DNA from: Rhynchobatus australiae | Lineage: Eukaryota | Length of the DNA: 64,000 nt | NCBI GenBank assembly: GCA_034780895.1 | Contig: JAUZTB010000063.1 | Span: forward strand, 31,225,224 to 31,289,223 | Direction: 5' to 3' | Part shown: positions 34,326 through 46,930 of the stretch, piece after piece | Numbering within the stretch: position 1 is the first letter of the stretch | How the letters are laid out: each line of letters starts with the position of its first letter | The notes under the pieces: model-generated | Told to the model about the DNA's origin: nothing | Database searches by the model: none | Seen by the model: the letters and a program-made list of their open reading frames with translations, nothing else | Position numbers and translations under genes: made by a program

Positions 34326-35934
34326 CTTTTTACAATTGCCTTATTGAGAATGGAGATAATGTAGTAATTTGCCAGAAATAAGGAAAAGATGAGTAAAACA
34401 GTAATTTTATAAATGCAACAGTGGAGAAAGCAGTTTTATATGTGAATAATTGAGCGAGATAACAAAGATTGCTTTATACAGGGAAAAGAATTACTGCTAT
34501 CATCCGTTTCATTCAGAATCCTGATATATGAAGCTGCTGGATAGCTAAGGGAATATACTAGAATTTAGGCCCATTTCAAGACAAACAAATTAAATAACAG
34601 AAATTGTCAATCTTTGCCTGCTATCTAGTCAGGCACAGACAAACCTAATAACCAGTGACAGAATATAATTCTTTCATTGAAATTTTACTTGTCATTTACT
34701 TTTAATAATTTGTCAGAAGAGTTTGCCCCAGTGACTGAAGATCAGTAGCAACCACGGAATGTATTTATAGCAAAGGGAGATATTTTTAGAAATTCCCATT
34801 TATATTGATGAGCAGAGCAGTCAGCAGTACTTCTGCACGAATATTCTGACCTTGATAGATTGATATCTATAATGATAAATATCACATCAACAAATCAATT
34901 GCAATGTTGGAATATTATTACTTAAGGTCAAATGCTGAAAAAATGTGACATGTTAAATATACCAGCACCATTAGATAAAGATACACAGAATAGTGTAGTG
35001 CCTACTTGAAGTGAACAGTAATGTAGCAGATAGAAATGTCTGCCAGTTGCAGTGGAAATTGTCACTACTTAGTTGCTTGTTATCAACAGAAATCCCAGCA
35101 TGCAACATTGCATCTGTGGAGATTCTATTTTAAATCAAGCTTGATAAGTGCATGCAAGCATGAGGAATACTGTGATCCAAGGCCACGTGATGCCCCAGGT
35201 CGGCGTGGTGTTTAGCATTCTATTTTCAGATACCCAATGCAGGCNNNNNNNNNNNNNNNNNNNNNNNNCACTCAATGTGGTAACTGTTCCACAGTATTGT
35301 TACCAATGGCATCATGAGATAAGGCACTAATACGATCTGCTAGCAAATAGACTGTTACAATGAAATAAGTAATCCTCTAAAATATCACTATTTTACGGGC
35401 ATTTTGTTCAAACCTTCAACAAGTTAACGACATTGATTTATTGATCCATTAAGAGAATGCTTCTAATAAAGGCACCACTCTGTTACTGAACATTTTACAT
35501 AGTATGGACTACCTAGAGAAATGCCTTTTATTTGAAAAACTCATTATAGCTCCCACAGACAACTGCACAGCTTGAGTTGCATCTTTTTTTCTCTCTCATT
35601 ATTAGCAGACTGCAGAGTACTCTAAATTAATTATGTTTGTTCTTTAGCTATAACTTGTGCAAATGTTCAGACATTAATTGTATAGTTGACGTGATGGATT
35701 TTAATAACTGCAAAGCAAGTGAGGTAAAACTAGAGATATTTTCAACTTATTGCATCATTCCATATTTAATTCCTTTATAGAGGTGTGCATTTTTTTTTTG
35801 GGAGGAGGATCAAACTGAATCCAAATCACTGCTGAGGGCCATTCATGTGAAATATATTTTACCTTAACCATCTACTGAATTCATTTTGATTATATGTATT
35901 CAAGACCAAATGCTTAAAATCATAACTAGCCTTG

Positions 35935-36140
35935 TTTGTCTCGAGATTGCATAGAGTGTTCTGGGGGCAGCCTGCAAGTGTCACCACGGTTCCAGTGCCC
36001 ACACAGCATGCCCACAATTTCCTAGCCTGTACGTCTTCAGAATGTGGGAGGAAACCACATTCTAAGAGAACATACAGACAGCAGCCAGAATTGAACCCGG
36101 TGGCTAGCTCTGTAATAGCGTTACGCTAACTGCTACATTG
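35935..36140 (-). mobile_element. V-SINE, internally deleted
   Basis: tacgtcttcagaatgtgggaggaaacc (V core, reverse complement) and agaattgaacccgg..tgtaatagcgttacgctaactgctac (reversed tRNA-like head). Confidence 0.65.
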
Positions 36141-37899
36141 CCATGTCTGCCATGTCGATGAAGGTTTCCTCATTTAATATACATAAATTATGATGTAGTT
36201 TAGACATTTGATTAGATAATTTGTATGAAATAATTTTTAGCTTTTATCATTCCAGGAGATTTCCTGAGCACAAATAACCATTATCAACCATAGTAATTGC
36301 TAAATCAAGTTACTGTAAAGATTGAACTTCTAAAAGTTCCATTTCCCTTGCTTTTCTTAAAAAAAAACAATCCATAGTGCCTACTAGTTTAACAGAAGAA
36401 CTAGGGACCACTGGGCAAACATAATTAAACTCCAGGGGNNNNNNNNNNNNNNNNNNNNNNNNNNNNNNNNNNNNNNNNNNNNNNNNNNNNNNNNNNNNNN
36501 NNNNNNNNNNNNNNNNNNNNNNNNNNNNNNNNNNNNNNNNNNNNNNNNNNNNNNNNNNNNNNNNNNNNNNNNNNNNNNNNNNNNNNNNNNNNNNNNNNNN
36601 NNNNNNNNNNNNNNNNNNNNNNNNNNNNNNNNNNNNNNNNNNNNNNNNNNNNNNNNNNNNNNNNNNNNNNNNNNNNNNNNNNNNNNNNNNNNNNNNNNNN
36701 NNNNNNNNNNNNNNNNNNNNNNNNNNNNNNNNNNNGTCTTCTGAAGTCATCCAGGGACCAAATGTCTAAGTTGGTTTATATGGGAAGGGATGATAGAGGG
36801 AAAATAGCAACAACCTTATTTTTCTTTTAATACTATAACATTTTTCAATGGCCTGTCCATCTCCAGCCAAAGTTTATGATCCACAGTCAGCATTCATATA
36901 TATTCTGTGTATTGGCATAATGGTTGGAAACTTTCCCCCCTCCACCCTGGAAACAGCTCTGACAATGCATGTCCTGACTACCCCTTATAAAAGTTTCCCT
37001 CACTGCTAGAACAATGGCTATACAAATATAATAGCCAATGGAGTTTAATCACTGTTGCTTTATTGCTGATTTGATTATTCGGAGATGGGAACAAGATGCA
37101 GCCATCACAGAATCATAGAAGTATTGAAAGATGCTAAACTGAATGGTCTGGACTGATCTCTATACTTACAGACAACATCAATAACATTGATTGTAAACTG
37201 GTAGTTGGCAGGTTCAGTTAAATACAAAATTTTCTGCATGTCTATGGCATAGAGGGTTGTTGAATTACATAGAGGAATAGTAGGATTTTAGGAGTTGGCA
37301 TGGAGTATTAAACATTTGATTTTCACAAAGAAGGAAGTTGAGCTGACCAGCAGATCTCTTATCCATCTACTCAGGGATGGAGAAAGGGCCAGGCAGCTAA
37401 CAGCATTGCTTGTGGACTAAGAGGAGTAGGAGTGGTGAAACCCCAGCCAATGAAGCCCCCTACTGCTGTGTTTCCATCACAGTGAGTTTTGAAAGCTACT
37501 CCCACTGAGATCATGGATAAGATTGACCAAATGCCATGGCCTGAGGAATCCTCCAGGATTCCCCATTTGAAAATTTGCCCTTCTCATCCCTATTCAATCC
37601 ACATCTGTTAATATTTAGTTAATTATATATCATAAGCATAACTTAGTGCTATTTCTTAAAACTCAATTCCATTTGTAACCAATTATTTTTCCATTTTTCT
37701 GCTTTAACTGGAGATTACCCAGGCATACAGCTCCTTGAAGGAATATTATTTTGAATTTTCAATCTTGCATAAACTTCTTTAATATTAAACTCACACTATC
37801 AAGTTCTGTGGCCTTAACTCAGACCCACAGCTGCATATTACAATGCTATCAATGTAGCAAAAATAAACACAGTCCTAGAGGTATTTTCTTCATAACTGA

Positions 37900-38220
37900 A
37901 ATCTAAGTTTCTCAACATTATATTTCTCTAAGCCTTTTCCAATGTACTGACACCCTTTTAAAGGGTATTCCAAAAAACTGCACACAGTGTTCCAAGTGTA
38001 CTATCACCAAGCAAGTCTCTAAGATCTCGACTAAGGTCACTGACCAACAGAAGTTGAAGTGCGAAGGACAATTTGTTTGCTTTGCAATCTTGGCAATAGT
38101 CTGTTCTGCCTTCATAAGATGCTCCAGCGGGTGATTTACTGCATTATTAATAAATAACAGTAATAGAGCATAAAAATAGCACGTACACAACTATTCAATT
38201 TATGTGATTGCAGTCACCAA
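37900..38220 (-). mobile_element. Old CR1 RT C-terminal remnant
   Basis: ORF 37918-38190 (-) contains LVIVHLEHCVQFFGIPFKR (cf. LVRPHLEYCVQFWSP). Confidence 0.5.
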
Positions 38221-39039
38221 CAGCTCCAAATGTCATATGCATTTTTCCGCCTGACTGTTGGATATCACACTCATACACTGTTTTATGGGCTTAAAAATAA
38301 GCAGCCAATATATATCATGGATCACTTTTCTCAAGAAACACTGTTAAAACAAACTGAATAGCAAGTATTCATAAAAGTCATNNNNNNNNNNNNNNNNNNN
38401 NNNNNNNNNNNNNNNNNNNNNNNNNNNNNNNNNNNNNNNNNNNNNNNNNNNNNNNNNNNNNNNNNNNNNNNNNNNNNNNNNNNNNNNNNNNNNNNNNNNN
38501 NNNNNNNNNNNNNNNNNNNNNNNNNNNNNNNNNNNNNNNNNNNNNNNNNNNNNNNATAAACTTTGGCACAGAGAAGGTTTTGAGAAACATCTTACAGGGG
38601 GAAAAAAAATGAATTGAGAGGTGGTAAAGTGGAGAGGGGACTGAATTCTAAAGCTAAGCCCGGCCATTCATGACAGACCAACGACAACGGGGACTGCACA
38701 GAATTACGAATTTAGAAACTAGTACCATTTTTGCTTCAAAAAGCAGTTTTTTTTTTGAGTGCGGAAGGTGACAGGGAGTGAGGGCAACCACTCCAGTACT
38801 TTATGATACTCCAACTGAAAACAATGGAAACATCCATAAGCTTGCTTATATTACCAAACATGTAATCACTTGATAACCACGAAGACTGGTTTGTAATCAT
38901 TTTAATCTCCTAACATTCTCATTCTGCAGAAAAAGTTGCATTTGTGGGAAGTGCTCAACATTACACAACTATTTCTGGCCAAGATTTCTTTGCTGCCACC
39001 TTGTGGATTGAATGCAACTTAGCCAGAATGTTTTCAACA

Positions 39040-39559
39040 ATGAAGACACAAGAGACTGCAGGTGCTGGAATCTGGAGCAAAAGACAGGCTGCTGAAGGAA
39101 CTCAGCAGGTCAAACAGCATTTGTAGATGGCAATGGACAGTTGATGTTTCAGGTCGAGACCCTTCATCTGGACTGAAAAAGAGGGGAGATAGCCAGAATG
39201 AAGAGGTAAAGGGGAGGGGAGGGGTGGGGCAAGAGTTGGCAAGCAATAGGTGGATCCAGGTGAGGAGGGGCAGATTAGCAGATAGGGAGTGGGTTACTTG
39301 AAATTGGAGAATTCACTGTTCATAATGTTGGGTTGTAGACTGCACTGGAACAGCCAGGTTGTAGACTGCACTGTACTGTTCCTCTAGTTTGCATTTGGCC
39401 TCCCCCTGGCAGTGCAGGAGGCTGAGGACAGACAAGTTGGTGTGAGAATGGGAGGGGGAATTAAGGTGGCCTACCACTGGGAGATCCAGGTGGCTATTAT
39501 GGACAGGGTGCTGATCTTGGCAAGGTGGTTGCTTAGTCCTTGGTGTCAACAACGTAGAG
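39040..39559 (-). mobile_element. Penelope-like element 3' portion with terminal hammerhead-like motif
   Basis: ORF 39313-39552 (-): LPVVGHLNSPSHSHTNLSVLSLLHCQGEAKCKLEEQ (GIY-YIG C-terminus); terminal ccagatgaagggtctcgacctgaaac. Confidence 0.85.
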
Positions 39560-39916
39560 NNNNNNNNNNNNNNNNNNNNNNNNNNNNNNNNNNNNNNNNN
39601 NNNNNNNNNNNNNNNNNNNNNNNNNNNNNNNNNNNNNNNNNNNNNNNNNNNNNNNNNNNNNNNNNNNNNNNNNNNNNNNNNNNNNNNNNNNNNNNNNNNN
39701 NNNNNNNNNNNNNNNNNNNNNNNNNNNNNNNNNNNNNNNNNNNNNNNNNNNNNNNNNNNNNNNNNNNNNNNNNNNNNNNNNNNNNNNNNNNNNNNNNNNN
39801 NNNNNNNNNNNNNNNNNNNNNNNNNNNNNNNNNNNNNNNNNNNNNNNNNNNNNNNNNNNNNNNNNNNNNNNNNNNNNNNNNNNNNNNNNNNNNNNNNNNN
39901 NNNNNNNNNNNNNNNN

Positions 39917-40195
39917 CATAATCTGCAGCCCTCTGTTGCCTCTACCTAACACCTCCCAGCCTCTGACACCAGCTTCAACCCTCCCTCCCCCACCTGCCAA
40001 ACTACCTCTCCTCACCCTGAACCACCTATTGCCTGCCAGTTCTTGTGCCACCCCTCCCCTTCACCTCTTTTTCCTACCTATATCTCCTCATTTCTTTCAA
40101 TCTGAGGATGAAGGGTCTTGACCCAAAACATTGACTGTCCATTTTCCTCTACAGATGCTGCTCTGACCCGCTGAGTTCTTCCAGCAGCTCGTTTT
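39917..40195 (+). mobile_element. Inverted copy of the PLE terminal repeat
   Basis: Approximate reverse complement of 39085-39295 (ctcaccctgaaccacctattgcctgccag..gatgaagggtcttgacccaaaacattgactgtccat..ctgagttcttccagcag). Confidence 0.85.
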
Positions 40196-40739
40196 TTTTT
40201 TTACTTTTTCAACAACTTAAAAATACTGTTGCTTTAAATTTTAAAGTGTAGCACTGTAAGTATCAGTGCTTAATGATTCAATTTCAATTTTCTGGATGAA
40301 GTCACTGTAATAAAAAAATTAAACTAGCCAATTTCAGTTGCAACTAATAGCAGTGCATTAGCCTTCTGAGGTCAGAAATGCAGCAAATAACATCACTATT
40401 CACACCACATCCTTTTCTGCCCATAATGACATAAATTGAATCGGGAAACATCACACCATAAACATTGGGGCTAAGAATACATTGTACTAGTTTGCTGCTT
40501 GTTAAAAGGACATTCTGGTAACGTGGTGAGACCTGACTGAGTAGCTTCAGAACTGAATACAGGTTACTCAATTGTCTTCCAAGTTCCACATAACGTGCAA
40601 CAACTAACAGTGGGTGTTTCCAGCAACATTTTGCTGCTGAGATGCTTATTCCACAGGTGCCTGAATAGTGACAATACTGGCGGCACTCCATTATGGGAGG
40701 CATCAGAGAAGGTACGGCTGGGCACAGGGTGATCTGGGA

Positions 40740-41620
40740 CACTAGGGCAGGAGGCATAGACATGTCCTTCAGCAAAATGCCTACACTCTGCTAGTTTGTA
40801 GAGACACCAGACTCCACCTAAACCTCACTTATAAACAATGTATGTGGTTTATTTCGGTCATCACTGGAACTGGCGACATTTTGGAGGAAAAATTCCAGCA
40901 AGCTCTTATGATTGAACCACTTCCTCTCTGGAAGTCACGGTCACGTTGACTTTGACTGTCCTTGCTGCTGGATTATTCCAAGCAGCCTCGGCAGACCTTA
41001 CCACTTATTCTAATTTGCTGCTCAGTACAGTAATAGAAGTCACCAAGGCACTATCCTCATGAAGGAATGATTTTTGCCAGTTTGATTTCAATGAGGAGAA
41101 AGGAATAACATAACTGGCTTCTCACTGGTGCAAGCAATCATTGGCACACAAGTGCCCATATGGTTTCCTTTTAATGATCTGGACCTTTTTAATGCACAGA
41201 AGACATTTCCACTACCTCAATGTGCAGGCTGTTATGGATTTTCTGACAGTGAACGTGATGCTTGCTGGAAGCACTCACTACTCATCCATTTTGGGGGAGT
41301 CCACGTTTCTTGGAATTTTCAGTGATTGGTGCTGCCCTGAGGAATGGGTCCTCAGAGATAAAACATTACCCTCAACTTCCATAGGTGATTTCCAATTATA
41401 GCAGCTGAGTGCAGATGGATTAAGAACAACACCGGAATAGCACCATAGATCTCGTGAAGATGAGATTTCACTCTTTGCAGCAGTCTAGGGGTGTTTTGCA
41501 GTGCACATCAACCAGACATGGATGACTTTGTAATTTGCTCCATGATGCATAACCTTATCTAAGATGGCAGCTGATGCAGGAGGAAATGAAGCAAGGAGAA
41601 CTGCAGCCCGAGTCACAACT
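40740..41620 (+). mobile_element. PIF/Harbinger (HARBI1-like) transposase fossil, nearly full length
   Basis: LVCRDTRLHLNLTYKQC; SLEVTVTLTLTVLAAGLFQAASAD; ITGFSLVQAIIGTQVPI; MHRRHFHYLNVQAVMD..AGSTHYSSILGES..EWVLRDK; TIDLVKMRFHSLQQSRGVLQ; VICSMMHNL: all main HARBI1 blocks in order, with catalytic residues decayed. Confidence 0.85.
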
Positions 41621-42034
41621 TGGTAAGCCGCAGGAAGAAGGCAGCTGATGAGGAAACATCCCTGTTTAGCATCCAAACTTCCAACAACATGCAGGATAGG
41701 TTTAAGAGATTCCCTTTTAAGAGAAGTACTTTCTCCTAAGGAGCCTGCAGCTATAGCATCAGTCAGATTAAACCAGAGTCATATGCTCTGGTGCATTGAG
41801 GTAATCACTTCCATTTGGAAAGCATCCCTCACCAGCTTGAGACAATCAAAGTTAATTGACTGCAAATCCATGATATCATCAACCTTACCACACCAGTAGC
41901 TGACAGGCCACTGAGGTTTCTTTCTACATAAATGGTACATTTTCCAACATTTGGAAGCTTTGCCACTATTGGAGAGTGGAGATTAGCAATGGTTGTTTTC
42001 ATATTTGTGTGTCTGGATCTAACCCTCAAATATC

Positions 42035-42245
42035 AGGTCCTCACAAGATATACATTTCTGCATAGCTCCAATGCACAAATATTCTTACACCCACAGGAGA
42101 CAATTTGAACCACTTCCCGTGAGGGTTTTCTTATGAAACCCAGGTTGATACACAGTCCTCACTCCTGACATATAGCTCTATGAAATGTTTGTGTGCATCT
42201 TGGGATGAATCTGGGATCTCTTTCCCTCTCTGCTAGAGCTTCTCT
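42035..42245 (-). mobile_element. Myb/SANT-like (trihelix) partner gene fossil of the Harbinger element
   Basis: Minus strand: LAERERDPRF (cf. ERERAPRF), RKPSREVVQIVS (cf. WxEVAxxVS), LCRNV (cf. QCRKK); convergent with the transposase. Confidence 0.5.
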
Positions 42246-44129
42246 CTGCTCCAACGAAACCATAAAATGTGATGCTACTGACTGACTGCGATGGGAAGTG
42301 TACTTTTAAAAGGAACAATGCCCTTTTCTGATTGCTTATCAGCAAAGTCCCAAACTGAATGAGGTTACCTTAGGAAATGCACAGGTCCCACATTAGCACA
42401 TCTTTGAATGTGAAATGCCCAGATGAGATTTCCAGTGTTCCTTTTGGCCAAGGTTACAATATTTTTTGCAGGAGACTCCATTTGTGATTAACACTAAATG
42501 TTTTAGCATACCAGTAAATAANNNNNNNNNNNNNNNNNNNNNNNNNNNNNNNNNNNNNNNNNNNNNNNNNNNNNNNNNNNNNNNNNNNNNNNNNNNNNNN
42601 NNNNNNNNNNNNNNNNNNNNNNNNNNNNNNNNNNNNNNNNNNNNNNNNNNNNNNNNNNNNNNNNNNNNNNNNNNNNNNNNNNNNNNNNNNNNNNNNNNNN
42701 NNNNNNNNNNNNNNNNNNNNNNNNNNNNNNNNNNNNNNNNNNNNNNNNNNNNNNNNNNNNNNNNNNNNNNNNNNNNNNNNNNNNNNNNNNNNNNNNNNNN
42801 NNNNNNNNNNNNNNNNNNNNNNNNNNNNNNNNNNNNNNNNNNNNNNNNNNNNNNNNNNNNNNNNNNNNNNNNNNNNNNNNNNNNNNNNNNNNNNNNNNNN
42901 NNNNNNTTTGGTAAAAAAATGTTAAATTGGTATGACATGTATATATTTTAAGAAGAATTAGTCATTTTTAAAATTGCTTATATGAAAAGGGATAAAACAC
43001 TGACTGAATTGCAGTTAATAACCTAATAAAGAAATGTTGATGTGTGTCTATTTTTGCTTGTTGATTTCACTTGTTGATTTCACTTTATCTTTTAAGATTT
43101 TGTAACATGATCATTTAAGATCTTCGAAATATGCAGAAGAATGAATAAGTTAATTAGCTCATCGACAACCTTTGTTAGAATTTCAAATAAGTTCCTTATT
43201 TATTCACCATATGAATATTGAAATCCTTAGCAACAGATTGCAATTTTCCTCTTAAAATGCTCAGCAATATCCCGATTTAGATAAGCCAACTTTAAATACA
43301 TTTCTAATAAGAATCTGGAAATAGAAGCCATGTTCGTCAGTTGTATTGATGCATTTGTCATACCATGGAATGCAAATTGTCACAGTCAATAAACAAAATA
43401 GAATGCTTCAATTATCACAACAAAAATGTATGAATGACAACTTTGACAGATTCTTAAACTTTACCGACATTTGCAGTGTTAACATGCAATATATAGTCAA
43501 GAAATACTGATGTATGTGATGATGTCATTGAAGTTTAAATAACAATATTATGACAAAGTTAATATATAATTTTTACTAATGTTGTTTGAATTGAACAAGG
43601 AGTTGCCAAATATGTTCTGGTAAAATGGGGCTGTGACTAAATTTAGCAGTCATCACTCTCAACGTTCTTTCACACTAACTTCATGCCTCAAGTCTTCATA
43701 ATCTCTTTCTACCACACTCACACAAATACAGGTTGTCTTCAAAACAAACTAGTCCTTCCATCTCCAGAAATGTTACAACCTGGATCTTCAGGAAAATAAC
43801 TATTGGAGTTGGTGCCAACCTTTCCCCTCGTAAGTGGCAACAACATAATAGTCTGGATTGCGTGATCAGAGGCACGATGCCCACNNNNNNNNNNNNNNNN
43901 NNNNNNNNNNNNNNNNNNNNNNNNNNNNNNNNNNNNNNNNNNNNNNNNNNNNNNNNNNNNNNNNNNNNNNNNNNNNNNNNNNNNAGGCACGATGCCCACA
44001 CTTGCTGATCAAGAGTCCACACTCGTGAGAATCGCCTAGCTTCAACTAACAATCTCGAACCAACCCTTTCCTCAATGGGACTGTCCTGTATAATCTGTTT
44101 TAATTAATTTATATTTTTTTGAATTGCTT

Positions 44130-45185
44130 TAGTTTATTTGGATGCTTTATACACATGTGTATCTAACTCTTTTGGTTATTTTGTTTTAAAAACTATTTCA
44201 AATTCTTAAAGTAGTTTGAATATTTTGAGATGGTTTATAATGGTTTTGAATGATTGTCAGTAATCAGCTTTTTTTGGCTGTCTTGTATGAAAGCATTAAG
44301 TGTGAAAGGTCCTACTGCCACACAGGATCTTGCCATTCAGGATCAAGGTTTGGCAATGCAGGTTGATGCTGAGGGATCTCAAGATAGCAAATGTAGACCT
44401 TTATCATCATTAGTCGTGAGAATGGGTGTGTTGTCACTGATATAGTCTATAACATAACAAAATGGTCCTGAAAACTGGACGAAAATTTAGAAGCTTGTGA
44501 TAAGAATATAGTTATTACTGATTTCTCAAGCTCATGACCAAATGCAGACAGATTTTTTTTCCCCCCAGCAATTCATACTTGGATAATACCTGCCCCAATA
44601 CCATCAAGTTAACTGAAACTGGTAGACCATCCGAACTATTTCTTAAACTGGCATGATAAAGCTCCAGCAAAGAACATTGGGTGTGTTATTGCCTGTCAAC
44701 ATTCAGCAGACTCCACCATGCATGCAGAACCTGCTTCAAGCCTTCAGTGGGTTTCCCCATGATATCATTGTTTCAGTGACACAAATGACTAAATTGCAAT
44801 CTGACCTTATTAGCATGCATTTTGTTTAGATGTCTTGATACAAATGTTTAATTCTTTTGGTCATTATTTTTTTTAAAAACTTATTTCAAATTTTTGCANN
44901 NNNNNNNNNNNNNNNNNNNNNNNNNNNNNNNNNNNNNNNNNNNNNNNNNNNNNNNNNNNNNNNNNNNNNNNNNNNNNNNNNNNNNNNNNNNNNNNNNNAC
45001 TTATTTCAAATTTTTGCAATAGGTTTGTAAAGTTTTTGGATACTTGTCAAAATCAGTTGTTTTCTTGGCCCTCTCACGTGAAAACAGTGAAGTGTTAAAG
45101 GACCTACTGCTATGCAGGATCCTGTCAGGAGGATCAAGCTGGTTTAGTAGAGTAGGTTAATGGCAAGGGATCTAGACATATCTAT
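44130..45185 (+). repeat. Two diverged direct copies of a ~270-bp unit (44130-44400 and 44815-45185)
   Basis: cttttggttattttgttttaaaaactatttcaaatt vs cttttggtcattatttttttaaaaacttatttcaaatt; aagtgtgaaaggtcctactgccacacaggatcttgcc..ggatcaag vs aagtgttaaaggacctactgctatgcaggatcctgtc..ggatcaag. Confidence 0.7.
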
Positions 45186-46449
45186 GATGTTTAGAGATAG
45201 AGTAAATACAAACCTCCCAAGCCATATTACATTTATAAATATTGTATTTGCAAACTAATCACCTCAACCATGAGAATATGTCTGTTAAATAGGAACTAAA
45301 TAATAAATTATATGATGTAGCTTGGAGAGTAATGAATAATGGCAACCCATTACCTTGCCAACTAGTCCTGGTGAGTTATAGCAACCACGGCAAGGAACTT
45401 TTTGGTAATAACAAGAGAAATGTTAGTTGGCTGTTCTGGTAAACATTTAATTAATGCTCTGGAGGTGTATGATGCAGATGGTCTTCAGGAAGCATGTTCT
45501 AAGAAAGTTTACAAAAGGTATGAAAGGTCAGTGCTGAATTCTTCCTCTCCTGTTGCTCCATATTCAGGGAGGAAGTGGTGTATTCCAGCTCTCCATGCCC
45601 GGGTTTTAGAAAATATGTAATGCATTTACTAAAAGCAATNNNNNNNNNNNNNNNNNNNNNNNNNNNNNNNNNNNNNNNNNNNNNNNNNNNNNNNNNNNNN
45701 NNNNNNNNNNNNNNNNNNNNNNNNNNNNNNNNNNNNNNNNNNNNNNNNNNNNNNNNNNNNNNNNNNNNNNNNNNNNNNNNNNNNNNNNNNNNNNNNNNNN
45801 NNNNNNNNNNNNNNNNNNNNNNNNNNNNNNNNNNNNNNNNNNNNNNNNNNNNNNNNNNNNNNNNNNNNNNNNNNNNNNNNNNNNNNNNNNNNNNNNNNNN
45901 NNNNNNNNNNNNNNNNNNNNNNNNNNNNNNNNNNNNNNNNNNCAATGAGTTATATCTATATTATTTTAATCAGTAGACTCAGACATTGGTTTTAGTGCTA
46001 TTGAAGAAAATGAGAATCATGTCAAGTACACCACTAATCAACACAAGTCTAAGGATCAGAAAAATTAAACTTTTCTCTCCTCAGTGTTGCTTTTTTTCCC
46101 CACTTAAAACTTGATCTACTTCCAAGTTTCTCTACACTGCTGTGTTTTCCAGCCTCAGGATATTATTTGTGCTAGCACCCTCTTTTCACACTGCTGTGCT
46201 TTGCTCCCTTTTGCCTGATTCACAAGCTTTTTGCTGTGCACAAGGAACCTACCGCTTCTTCCGGGATTGATGCCATTAACTCCATTTATCATCTGAATTG
46301 AAGCTGAACATTGCTGTAATCCAGATCAAAAACCATCATTCACAAATCTAATTTCTGTAGAAACCTGCTATTTTTGTACAGCTAAGTTTTCATAGAAACA
46401 GGAGTACATCATTATGGTCCTCAAGCCTTTTTCAGCATGAAGTGTATTG

Positions 46450-46650
46450 GAGAACTCAGAAGCCCTTTCCAAATGGAAAAATGGTGGAAGGAATGCACAA
46501 CCTCCCAATTCACCCACCTGTCTGCCCAATCACCTCCTGTCCCATCCGGGCAACAGCCTGAAGTTCCAACATTGACCTTATTAGTCACCTGAGAACCAGA
46601 CTGGAAGCAAATCATTCATGATGCTGAGAGACTGCTTAAGATGATGATAT
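46450..46650 (+). mobile_element. RTE LINE 3' end
   Basis: TSCPIR..SNIDLISHLRT followed by ggaagcaaatcattcatgatgctgagagactgcttaagatgatgat; homologous to 26230-26350. Confidence 0.6.
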
Positions 46651-46739
46651 GATCCATACCTTTATTACCAGAACTAACTTGATTCAGTTAGCTAGCAAAT
46701 GAGTTCTGGAGTGTTAAGACATCCTACACCTTATATGTT

Positions 46740-46930
46740 GTCTCTGCACCAATTCAGTTGAGCATCAAATTCTTGATCAGCACAAGACATTTTCTGTCAA
46801 TGCTCATGTATAAGGATATCCATATGGTCCTAGCTTCTTGCTTGAATTTCTCACACTTGCTGACAGAGACTCTGCAAGTGCAGCAGCACACAAGTGGTTA
46901 GGAATGTGGTGGCTGCTGTAGATAAGAGAG
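46740..46930 (+). mobile_element. Possible further Harbinger transposase remnant
   Basis: FSVNAHV*GYPYGPSFLLE and a WWLL block resemble SVNARYPGSSHDSFIL and WLLGD; heavily decayed. Confidence 0.3.

Noticed and set aside
43057-43085. 13-bp tandem duplication cttgttgatttca
   Set aside because: Ordinary local slippage duplication.
6077-45018. Short direct repeats on both sides of 100-N gaps (6080/6200, 12860/13030, 17567/17674, 43869/43985, 44879/44999)
   Set aside because: Typical scaffolding overlap artefacts, so not treated as target-site duplications or tandem arrays.
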